Shown here: one piece after another, positions 9,253-16,706 of the stretch
Layout: every line of letters begins with the position of its first letter
How positions within the stretch are numbered: position 1 is the stretch's first letter
NCBI GenBank assembly: GCA_031423775.1
Contig: JANPGF010000038.1
Span: 1 to 35,558, forward strand
Direction of reading: 5' to 3'
Origin: Candidatus Kaiserbacteria bacterium
GTDB lineage: Bacteria; Patescibacteriota; Minisyncoccia; Phycocordibacterales; UBA918
DNA: 35,558 nt
Program-made: the position numbers and the translations under genes
The notes under the pieces: model-generated
What the model was told of the DNA's origin: nothing
What the model saw: only the letters and a program-made list of their open reading frames with translations
Databases searched by the model: none

Positions 9253-10524
9253 ATGGATTCACTACTGTATTACGTAAAACGCCTCCTCCCTCGGTTTATC
9301 CTCGACCGGATTCGCCCGCTCTATCATTATGGTTTAGCGTGGACGGGGAGTGTTATCTACCGTCATCCGAGTCGCAACATCATCGTTATTGCTGTTACGG
9401 GGACAAAAGGTAAATCAAGTGTCACTGAACTCATTACCCATATATTAGAGACGGACGGCAAAAAAGTAGCGTCGCTTTCTACGATTCAATTTAAAGTTGG
9501 TGACACAATCCGCCGAAATCTCTATAAAATGACTATGCCCGGACGATTTTTTACTCAAAAATTCCTTCGTGAAGCTGTTGATGCCGGCTGCACTTACGCC
9601 ATTATTGAGATGACTTCTGAAGGAGCTAAGCAATATCGGCATAAATTTATCGACCTGAATGCCCTCGTCTTTACCAATCTGACACCTGAACATATTGAAT
9701 CACATGGTTCATTTGAAAAATATAAAGCCTGCAAACTAGAACTCGCACGAGCCGTCAGTGAATCTCCAAAACGACCACGGATTATCGTCGCAAACAGTGA
9801 TGATGAACATGGTGCGGATTTCCTCGCCTTTCCGGTTGATTATGCTCTTCCCTATGGCTTAAGTGACCTCTCACTATATTCACTGCAAAAGGAAGGCTTT
9901 AGTATGGTGCTCGAGGGTACCACACTCCGCGTACCACTTGTGGGACTCTTTAATGTCTATAATACGCTCGCTGCAGTTACCATCAGCCGAGCCTTTGGTG
10001 TGTCGCTCGCAACGATTGATAGCGCCCTTCATACCCTCCCGCCAATTAAAGGTCGCGTTGAACATTTCAAATCCGCACCTGGTGCAAGTAAACAAGTGAC
10101 AGCAATTGTTGATTATGCCCATACGCCAGATTCACTCCGTCAGCTCTATATCGCATTTAAAGACGTACCGAAAGTTGGTGTCCTTGGGAACACTGGAGGC
10201 GGACGGGATACCTGGAAACGTCCTGAGATGGGACATATCGCTGAACAATACTGCGATCACGTTATTCTCACCAATGAAGACCCGTACGACGAGAACCCGC
10301 GCGCGATTGTAGACGCGATGAAAAAAGGCATCGTAGACCAAAGCAAACTCGAAATTATTATGGACCGAAGAAGTGCCATAGCTGCCGCTCTCCGCAAAGC
10401 TCCAAACGGTGGCTATGTCCTCATTTCAGGTAAAGGGACTGATCCATACATCATGGGACCAAACAACACCAAACAGCCCTGGAGTGATGCTCAGGTAGTG
10501 ACCGAGGAGCTAGCAAAACTATAA
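9253..10524 (+). CDS. murE: MurE-like UDP-N-acetylmuramyl-tripeptide ligase
   Basis: VTGTKGKSS P-loop, TMPG, EMTSEG, FTNLTPEHIESHG, VDYAHTPDS, GGGRD and NEDPY.E. Start taken at ATG 9253. Confidence 0.9.
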   Translation: MDSLLYYVKRLLPRFILDRIRPLYHYGLAWTGSVIYRHPSRNIIVIAVTGTKGKSSVTELITHILETDGKKVASLSTIQFKVGDTIRRNLYKMTMPGRFFTQKFLREAVDAGCTYAIIEMTSEGAKQYRHKFIDLNALVFTNLTPEHIESHGSFEKYKACKLELARAVSESPKRPRIIVANSDDEHGADFLAFPVDYALPYGLSDLSLYSLQKEGFSMVLEGTTLRVPLVGLFNVYNTLAAVTISRAFGVSLATIDSALHTLPPIKGRVEHFKSAPGASKQVTAIVDYAHTPDSLRQLYIAFKDVPKVGVLGNTGGGRDTWKRPEMGHIAEQYCDHVILTNEDPYDENPRAIVDAMKKGIVDQSKLEIIMDRRSAIAAALRKAPNGGYVLISGKGTDPYIMGPNNTKQPWSDAQVVTEELAKL

Positions 10525-10528
10525 CTAC

Positions 10529-10556
10529 AAAACCTTTCGTTCAAACGAAAGGTTTT
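10529..10556. terminator. Bidirectional terminator
   Basis: AAAACCTTTCGTT-CA-AACGAAAGGTTTT between convergent murE and lnt. Confidence 0.75.
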
Positions 10557-10568
10557 TTGTGGTCATGT

Positions 10569-12098
10569 TTAGAAGCTGAATTTTCGGAGCTTCCAGGAGT
10601 CACCGGTTTGTAACACTTCACCGGGTTCGATAGTACCGTTTGGAAGATACAGTTTTCCGTCAGCCATATTGCCAGCACTCACAATTGGGACTCCCGAATA
10701 CCGCGATTGCACAAGCAACATACTGTCGAGTTGATGCCAAAGGATAAAAGGGTTATGGAACCAACTATGGGAAAATGGGTAGACTACAAAAGGTACCTGG
10801 CCGTGATGTTGCTGCGCTGTAATCGCGTTTGGCCAGACACTTTCAAAACAGAAGATAATACCTGGAATATCTGCCGGCACATTTGCCACCGTATCTCGAG
10901 TGAGCGGACCTGGTCTACCTGAGTTTTCAGACTGAAGTTTGTCAAGCAGTGAACCTAAACCAACCAAGCGCAGAACCGCGGCATAGAGGTACGGCACGTA
11001 TTCACCCTGTGGAACTAAATACTGTTTATCAAATTGATAGAGTTTTTTTGTTGTGCCATCAAATATGGTAGCTCTGAGGTATGCCCGACCCTCACCGAGG
11101 TCAAACCTGCTGGTATCAATAATCGTAGTACTACTATTACCATGTGTAAATTCAAACTGCCGCATTGCCTGTATCGGCGTCAGCCCAGCATATGTAGTAA
11201 AAATCAAACGTGACTCCTCGGGCAAGAGAAGGTAATTAGGATTGGACTGTAGTGCCAGATTAATAGCATCATTCAGAACATCTCTCTTGTGTGTCACTGC
11301 CTCACTCGAATACACCGTATCAGGACTAAACGTTACATCAATACCAATCACACTAGTAGTGGGGGCGGGTAGGTGCACCCGAGTATACTGAACAATCTGA
11401 CCATAGCCGACTACACCTACTAGCGCCCCAAGTACACCAACAATGAGCTGCTTGCGCGTTTGATGTATGAGAATATAAAAACCTACCCCCCCGGCGGCCA
11501 CCACGATACTGAGACCGTATACTCCAGCAACAGCAGCAAGATGGATACCAAGCCATGTTTCAACAAGTAGATACCCCGCCATACCAAAACTAAAATAGGT
11601 CTGAAGGTATGATCCCGGCCCCACAGTTATAAGAGAGAAAAAGAAGGCAGCTGCCAACTCCGAACCAAGCCAAACAAAAGGCAGCAACAAGTACCAGAGC
11701 TGTCGGGAAATAAAACGACTCTGCCGGAATCGGTAAGCCACATATACAAATACTCCTCCCCCAAACGATAACCAGAGCGCTCCCGAAAACCAGAAGCAGC
11801 CTACAATAAACATTTGTACCAGTGCCGGCATCGGACCAATCCACCCAACCGGGTACGTACTCACGCACCACGACAGCACGAACATATACTTCACTAACCA
11901 CGAGATGAGTCCGAGACGAACGAGACGGCGCACCCGAGCAGCCTGCTCGGTGATACGGAACAAACATGCCATACCAATACATACAAAAAACCATAAAAAG
12001 GGTATGACAAACCCGATACCGAGACAGATACCCGACACTATCGCCAGTAGGTAGCCTGGATGAGTCCACTCGGCATACAACCGTTCTCGGGTGATCAT
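10569..12098 (-). CDS. lnt: Apolipoprotein N-acyltransferase-like protein
   Basis: Multi-TM N-terminal half and nitrilase triad motifs LLPE, K.YLVPQGEYVP and FCFES. Confidence 0.85.
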   Translation of the reverse strand: MITRERLYAEWTHPGYLLAIVSGICLGIGFVIPFLWFFVCIGMACLFRITEQAARVRRLVRLGLISWLVKYMFVLSWCVSTYPVGWIGPMPALVQMFIVGCFWFSGALWLSFGGGVFVYVAYRFRQSRFISRQLWYLLLPFVWLGSELAAAFFFSLITVGPGSYLQTYFSFGMAGYLLVETWLGIHLAAVAGVYGLSIVVAAGGVGFYILIHQTRKQLIVGVLGALVGVVGYGQIVQYTRVHLPAPTTSVIGIDVTFSPDTVYSSEAVTHKRDVLNDAINLALQSNPNYLLLPEESRLIFTTYAGLTPIQAMRQFEFTHGNSSTTIIDTSRFDLGEGRAYLRATIFDGTTKKLYQFDKQYLVPQGEYVPYLYAAVLRLVGLGSLLDKLQSENSGRPGPLTRDTVANVPADIPGIIFCFESVWPNAITAQQHHGQVPFVVYPFSHSWFHNPFILWHQLDSMLLVQSRYSGVPIVSAGNMADGKLYLPNGTIEPGEVLQTGDSWKLRKFSF

Positions 12099-12556
12099 AG
12101 CGGCTTCTGAAATAAAACAATACCAGCGGTTACCGACACGTTAAGTGACTCTTTCTGTCCTGCCATCGGAATTTCTGCAATGTGATCACAAAGTGTAAGT
12201 ACATCCAGCGTAATTCCGGTTATTTCATTGCCAAACATATACGCAACTTTTTCAGGTGGTCTAAAATCAAATAACGAAATACTTGCTTCAGATTGCTCGA
12301 TAGCTACAACTATTACCCCTTCGGCTTTTAGCTGCGCTATCACTGGGGCAATATCTACAGATTGTCCCCAGGGTACCATCGCACTCGCTCCGAGTGACGT
12401 TTTTACAATTTCCGCCACCGGCCGCCCAAAGCGGTCGAGCGGTGCGGGGGTGTACCCTGTCAGGAAAATCTTCGTCACCCCTGCCCCATCCGCCGACCGG
12501 AAAATCGCCCCTACATTGTGGCTGCTCCGAATATTATGGAGAATAATATATTTCAT
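12095..12556 (-). CDS. TrmH/SpoU family RNA methyltransferase
   Basis: LHNIRSSHNVGAIFRSAD, FGNE..G and IPM.G.KESLNVSV. Confidence 0.93.
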   Translation of the reverse strand: MKYIILHNIRSSHNVGAIFRSADGAGVTKIFLTGYTPAPLDRFGRPVAEIVKTSLGASAMVPWGQSVDIAPVIAQLKAEGVIVVAIEQSEASISLFDFRPPEKVAYMFGNEITGITLDVLTLCDHIAEIPMAGQKESLNVSVTAGIVLFQKPL

Positions 12557-12619
12557 ATACTAACCTATGAAATATACACGTACTTGTGGGCTTGTAAAAG
12601 CTATCTTTCCCTCAAAGGA

Positions 12620-13837
12620 CTACTGACAGGTTCCCACAGTTGCAGTAATAGTTCCCAGATGAGTAAATATCTTACGATGAATCGAACCATTTCCATCTTG
12701 TTGCCAATTATTTTCGACACTAACGGTTTGTGGCCCAACCCCCGGCTTTACGATAAATCCTCTACGATGCCCCCATAACCAATGATCACCGCCTGTAATA
12801 CTGTGTGTCATGAAGTAATCCACAAAGGCTGGCCCTTGCACTGCATAATCTGACTCATTCCAATACCCAACTGCTGTATTTGTATTATCGTCATAGTCTT
12901 GGCGTACATAGAGCAGATCACCACCAGTAAACTTGGCGTCACGATACGTATAATTTACATCTGTCCAAGCACCAACACCTATCAGAGCACCTTTGGGAAC
13001 TTGGATAGTGACTGTTTTAGTCATATTAAAGGCTTCCCGGGCCTGATATCCAGTATTATAAATATCACCTTTAATTGTGACCGCACATAAACTAGGGGTA
13101 GGTTTTGTTGAGAGGCACGTACAAATTGGACGATGATTGTAATCCGAGGATATTTCAGAATCCTTACACGCATTTGCGTCACTGCTCACCATCGGCTGAC
13201 CTGAAGCATTACAGCTAGTCAAGTAATCTCCCGCATTACAACTACATGCCGCACCTGATACATTACGAGTATTATTCAGCGTTGAATAGGTATGAATCGC
13301 TGATAAGTCGGTCTCGGACGAAACTGGATCCGAAGGATCGAAACAATTATCACCATTTTTATCACAGTAGTTATTCGCCCGTATACTATTTGAAAATTGC
13401 GCATAATCACTAGCACCATTACCACCTGCATGTAATTCTAAAATTGCATTGCTATTATTCCATACCGAACCGTTATTATCGCGATCATATAGAAATTTCA
13501 TTGTTGATATACCTGGCGTCTCAACAACAGCTGCAGTCACCCACCGAGGGACTGCCGTGTCTGAATTAACATAAACCACAAGAGGTTTATCCCCAAATAA
13601 TCCGAGTGTATTACCAATCCCCAAACTGCCGATTTTAGTTTGTGTACTCGACCCTACGTTTAATGGTGCTGCAACATTATTCTGTGGAGGAACGCTCCCG
13701 CTTTCAGGCGGAAACCAGACACTTTCATCATAGGCTTTGATAAAACTGTAGCTCGAAAAGCCGACAAGGATAATCCCAACACACAGACCATAGATAATGT
13801 TTTTAGAAGAATTCATAAAATGAGTTAATGAACTCAT
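12620..13837 (-). CDS. Secreted Cys-containing surface protein
   Basis: N-terminal hydrophobic segment, PP.NNVAAPLNVGSSTQTK.G.L motif, YCDKNGDNC and a Cys-rich central part. Confidence 0.75.
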   Translation of the reverse strand: MSSLTHFMNSSKNIIYGLCVGIILVGFSSYSFIKAYDESVWFPPESGSVPPQNNVAAPLNVGSSTQTKIGSLGIGNTLGLFGDKPLVVYVNSDTAVPRWVTAAVVETPGISTMKFLYDRDNNGSVWNNSNAILELHAGGNGASDYAQFSNSIRANNYCDKNGDNCFDPSDPVSSETDLSAIHTYSTLNNTRNVSGAACSCNAGDYLTSCNASGQPMVSSDANACKDSEISSDYNHRPICTCLSTKPTPSLCAVTIKGDIYNTGYQAREAFNMTKTVTIQVPKGALIGVGAWTDVNYTYRDAKFTGGDLLYVRQDYDDNTNTAVGYWNESDYAVQGPAFVDYFMTHSITGGDHWLWGHRRGFIVKPGVGPQTVSVENNWQQDGNGSIHRKIFTHLGTITATVGTCQ

Positions 13838-13908
13838 TGTAGGAGCCTATTACACTTATTGCTACTCTTTTTACCCACAACAGTCTATATTTTGGTTTTA
13901 TGGTAATG

Positions 13909-13936
13909 TTGTAAACTGTCTCTACTGTGGTATAGT
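13909..13936 (+). promoter_or_regulatory. Sigma70-type promoter of the tRNA locus
   Basis: TTGTAA-16 nt-TATAGT with extended -10 TG at 13928-13929. Confidence 0.6.
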
Positions 13937-13973
13937 GCAGGAACTTTTTTGTAATACAGAAAGGTTACCAGAT

Positions 13974-14037
13974 ACGCCTATAGCTCAGCCGGTAGGTAAA
14001 ACAGTCTCCCAGACTGTTTTACCCCTTAATTAAGGAG
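13974..14037 (+). repeat. tRNA-Lys 5'-half pseudo-copy 1 with inserted hairpin
   Basis: 13974-13995 matches tRNA 14152-14173 at 21/22. Then a 13-bp perfect stem (13995-14023) and the remnant TTAAGGAG. Confidence 0.85.
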
Positions 14038-14063
14038 CTTAGTCAAAACACAATTTAATATAT

Positions 14064-14137
14064 GCGGCTATAGCTCACCTCGGTCCGCGCAAACTGCATC
14101 CTATGCACTTTGCCCTTATTAACGAGAAGCGTCCGCA
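14064..14137 (+). repeat. tRNA-Lys 5'-half pseudo-copy 2 with inserted hairpin
   Basis: GCGGCTATAGCTCA matches the tRNA start at 13/14. Hairpin GCAAA-C-TGCAT/ATGCA-C-TTTGC, then remnant CCCTTATTAACGAGAAGCGTCC versus tRNA CCCTTTTAAGGAGAAGGTCC. Confidence 0.75.
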
Positions 14138-14151
14138 CATAACACATACAT

Positions 14152-14224
14152 GCGCCTATAGCTCAGCCGGTAGAGCAGCTCCCTTTTAAGGAGAAGGTCC
14201 CAGGTTCGATCCCTGGTGGGCGCA
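14152..14224 (+). tRNA. tRNA-Lys (anticodon TTT), CCA not encoded
   Basis: Acceptor GCGCCTA/TGGGCGC, D-arm GCTC/GAGC, anticodon loop CTTTTAA, T-arm CCAGG-TTCGATC-CCTGG and discriminator A. 73 nt. Confidence 0.97.
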
Positions 14225-14231
14225 CTCGAGC

Positions 14232-14275
14232 AAACAAAAACACAACACCTTATATAAGGTGTTGTGTTTTTGTTT
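14232..14275. terminator. Long terminator-like palindrome after the tRNA
   Basis: AAACAAAAACACAACACCTTA-TA-TAAGGTGTTGTGTTTTTGTTT. Confidence 0.75.
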
Positions 14276-14358
14276 AGTAAGTGACCTGCGTCACTTACGG
14301 GCTCGAGTGCGAGACGGAGTCATGTTTTCTTCTCCTCCCTAGAGGAGAAAACGGACGA

Positions 14359-14427
14359 GTCGGGGTCGCGGGTACTTAGTATAAATATGAACATAGTGAA
14401 ATATTTTACTTAGTAACCCGTGACCAC
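14359..14427 (+). repeat. Structured repeat copy A (GTCGGGGTCG...GTGACCAC)
   Basis: 69 nt. Stem GGTCGCGGGT/ACCCGTGACC and ACTTAGTA/TACTTAGT. Preceded by AGACG and a TTTTCT...AGAAAA hairpin. Confidence 0.85.
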
Positions 14428-14493
14428 AAGTGCGCCCTTACTCGTACGATATGACACCCGTACCGTTCCATCCCGTCGCGGGTGTCACATGTA

Positions 14494-14520
14494 ACCTGAA
14501 CAGGCAAGACCTGTTCAGGT
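14494..14520. repeat. REP-like hairpin copy 1
   Basis: ACCTGAACAGG-CAAGA-CCTGTTCAGGT. The 23-nt core is identical to 16196-16218. Confidence 0.8.
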
Positions 14521-14554
14521 ATGTTTCTGTCCTCCTTAAGGACAGAAACCGCGG

Positions 14555-14624
14555 GTCGGGGTCGACAGCACTTACTAGAATTGGAGCCGCAGTCGAACAA
14601 TTATAGTTAGTGACTGGTGACCAC
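14555..14624 (+). repeat. Structured repeat copy B
   Basis: 70 nt with the same ends as copy A. Shares the 18-nt ACTTACTAGAATTGGAGC with copy C. Preceded by hairpin TTTCTGTCCT/AGGACAGAAA. Confidence 0.85.
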
Positions 14625-14651
14625 CACGTGCCCCTTTACTATACTTTACCC

Positions 14652-14958
14652 ATGTCTCTCACTTCCGACAAATACCGAGAAGCTCGTGGCGGTTATTCCA
14701 GCACGCATACCATCACTTGCGAAAAATGTGATTTATTTATCTGCAACTACCAAAAGGACGGCCCCCGGGAATCTCCGCCGTATGTACATCGATAGAATCA
14801 CATCACCTTCTGTCTCTATTTCTAAAAAGGAACTACTCTGCCCACAAGGTCATCTACTTGGTATTAAAATCAACTACGAAAAAGAAGACCGTCCGGCTTA
14901 CCGTCTATTTGTCGACGCTGTCGTAAAAATAGTGACTTCATCCAAAAAAGTTCGGTAA
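14652..14958 (+). pseudogene. Small putative Zn-ribbon protein split by a +1 frameshift in a C5 run
   Basis: One frame reads MSLTSDKYREARGGYS...CEKC...YQKDGP and the next reads GNLRRMYIDRI...CPQGH...RLFVDAVVKIV. Removing one C at 14762-14766 gives a 101-aa protein. Confidence 0.75.
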
Positions 14959-14977
14959 GTGTCTCGCGATGGGGCAC
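14944..14977 (+). repeat. 34-nt tRNA-3'-end-like direct repeat, copy 1
   Basis: AAAAAAGTTCGGTAAGTGTCTCGCGATGGGGCAC, 29/34 identical to 16125-16158. Confidence 0.8.
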
Positions 14978-15022
14978 TAAATACCAGCACTAAAGCATTC
15001 GCTTTGGGGCTGGTATTTAGTA

Positions 15023-15041
15023 GCGCCCACCAGGGATCGAA
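15023..15041 (-). repeat. Inverted exact copy of the tRNA-Lys 3' end (19 nt)
   Basis: GCGCCCACCAGGGATCGAA is the reverse complement of 14205-14223. Confidence 0.92.
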
Positions 15042-15073
15042 AGACGCAAGCCGGGGTCCCTCTGGGCCGGCAC

Positions 15074-15141
15074 GTCGGGGTCGCGAGTACTTACTAGAAT
15101 TGGAGCGTAGCGCCTGATTATACTTAGTGATTTGTGACCAC
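15074..15141 (+). repeat. Structured repeat copy C
   Basis: 68 nt. Stem GGTCGCGAGT/ATTTGTGACC with three G-T pairs. Preceded by AGACG at 15042 and a GCCGG...CCGGC hairpin. Confidence 0.85.
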
Positions 15142-15194
15142 AGACACAGCAATTTTTAATGATACAATCATAGTTGAATTTAATTTAATAAAAT

Positions 15195-15983
15195 ATGAAC
15201 CGCAATATTTCTACAACGGTTGGATTGATAATTATATCTTTGATGGCGCTCGGTGTTGGTTATGTTGTATTCCAATCTGGAAAAAATGCTGAGAATAACG
15301 TCTCAACAATTTTACCAACTCAACCGGTTGAAACGAAAAAAGCAACAACAAGCCCCGCAGATCCAACACCTACTAAATCAGTGATCACTTTACGAAAGGA
15401 TTATGTCTGTCCTGATATTACTAACGATTTAACTATGGGTTCGGTTGATGAAAAAATAAACGGCCCGGAGTATTTCAAGGGACAAGTTTCTAATCTCCAA
15501 ACCTTCTTCGTGCAATACTTTTCAATTACTGACTCCAATTTTGTTGATGGTATTTTTGGTCCGATCACTGAAAAGTACGTGCAGCAATTCCAAGCAGCTG
15601 AGAAGCTTTCCGCCACCGGTAAAGTAGATACGATTACTCGCTCTCATATCTTAGCCCTATGTACCGCAACTGCTATTCCTATACAAAATATAAAAATCCT
15701 TCCTAATTCATTACCTTCATCAATTACTCTAGATCCATTACAAGGATTACAAGAAAGTGGAAATCTGACGAAGGGAGGATTCAGAATCGAATATCTTAAC
15801 AAAGATACTCATACCATTCGAGTGACTGGGCGGACGATATTAGGCATCGGTACTCAAACAATCTCACTGAACGAAAAACCGATAATTACAAATAACTGGC
15901 CACTTGCTTTGGAAATAAGCTTCCAGAAAGTAAACGCTGACGGCTCAATCAGTCTTGATCTCAAGACAGTTTCCACTGATTAA
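15195..15983 (+). CDS. Membrane-anchored protein with a peptidoglycan-binding (PG_binding_1-like) domain
   Basis: N-terminal TM, T/P-rich linker, and VSNLQ...DGIFGPITEKYVQQFQ....L..TGKVD..T. Confidence 0.85.
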   Translation: MNRNISTTVGLIIISLMALGVGYVVFQSGKNAENNVSTILPTQPVETKKATTSPADPTPTKSVITLRKDYVCPDITNDLTMGSVDEKINGPEYFKGQVSNLQTFFVQYFSITDSNFVDGIFGPITEKYVQQFQAAEKLSATGKVDTITRSHILALCTATAIPIQNIKILPNSLPSSITLDPLQGLQESGNLTKGGFRIEYLNKDTHTIRVTGRTILGIGTQTISLNEKPIITNNWPLALEISFQKVNADGSISLDLKTVSTD

Positions 15984-16124
15984 AACTTCGTTATGGGTTA
16001 GAGACCTCTTGTTTTGTCTTTTATTGCTCACTCAAAGTCATAGTTAGTAGTTATACTCTAAACAACCGCCGATACATTTCGACAACAATCGCTTTTGACT
16101 CTTAACTCCAACCATTTCCCCCAA

Positions 16125-16158
16125 AAAAAAGTTCGGTGAGCATCTCGCAATGGCGCAC
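16125..16158 (+). repeat. 34-nt tRNA-3'-end-like direct repeat, copy 2
   Basis: AAAAAAGTTCGGTGAGCATCTCGCAATGGCGCAC, followed by a terminator-like hairpin AAAAACCTCCC-TTCG-GGGTGGTTTTT. Confidence 0.8.
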
Positions 16159-16190
16159 AAACAAAAAACCTCCCTTCGGGGTGGTTTTTA

Positions 16191-16223
16191 TTAATCTGAA
16201 CAGGCAAGACCTGTTCAGATTAA
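16191..16223. repeat. REP-like hairpin copy 2
   Basis: TTAATCTGAACAGG-CAAGA-CCTGTTCAGATTAA (14-bp stem). Confidence 0.8.
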
Positions 16224-16247
16224 CTAATTTCTACTTTTGCTTATATA

Positions 16248-16700
16248 TCAAATGCAGCTTCCTTTTTTCTGTTCCTCCTTTACAAAGCCAAATTTTCTAT
16301 AAAAATTCTGGGCCTTCACATTCGCCTCATGTACTTCCAACAAAATTGGTACACCTATCTCACTTGATTCGTGGATCAGATCTGTAAGTATCGCTGTTCC
16401 AATACCTCTGTTTTGAAATTCTGGCAAAATTTGAATACCTCCTACATACAGTGATTCGAGCGACCTCACAATTCGCAAACGTCCAATATCGACTCCCTTA
16501 TATTGAATGATTTCTATCTCTGTCGGTACAAACTTCTCTTGATAGGCCCTAAATTCAGTTTCACTATCAAAGAACCTGCCAGGATGCAAGGCCTCAACTA
16601 CTGGACGCATAGCATCTGTAGAGACGCGAAATAAAAAGGCCACGTCTTCTGCAGTTGCTTGACGTAACGTGTAATCAACCTGCAGGAGCTCTGTGTCCAT
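16248..16700 (-). CDS. GNAT family N-acetyltransferase
   Basis: LRQAT.ED, IQILPEFQNRGIG (motif A) and N..AQNFYRKFGF. Confidence 0.92.
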   Translation of the reverse strand: MDTELLQVDYTLRQATAEDVAFLFRVSTDAMRPVVEALHPGRFFDSETEFRAYQEKFVPTEIEIIQYKGVDIGRLRIVRSLESLYVGGIQILPEFQNRGIGTAILTDLIHESSEIGVPILLEVHEANVKAQNFYRKFGFVKEEQKKGSCI

Positions 16701-16706
16701 ATATTA

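Noticed and set aside
13974-14137. Additional functional or intron-containing tRNAs
   Set aside because: Neither copy has a T-arm (GTTC) or a full 7-bp acceptor stem.
14359-15141. CRISPR array interpretation of the repeats
   Set aside because: The repeats are ~69 nt, divergent and irregularly spaced, with genes between them, and there are no cas genes in the window.
14406-15152. Minus-strand ORFs 14406-14600 and 14898-15152
   Set aside because: They run through the structured repeats and are most likely incidental.
14359-16158. Canonical integron attC sites
   Set aside because: There are no RYYYAAC/GTTRRRY boxes at the repeat ends and no intI in the window. Only the architecture is analogous.
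16230-16280. Possible frameshift at the GNAT C-terminus (another frame reads KLHLIYKQK)
   Set aside because: The domain is essentially complete as annotated. This cannot be supported without homologues.
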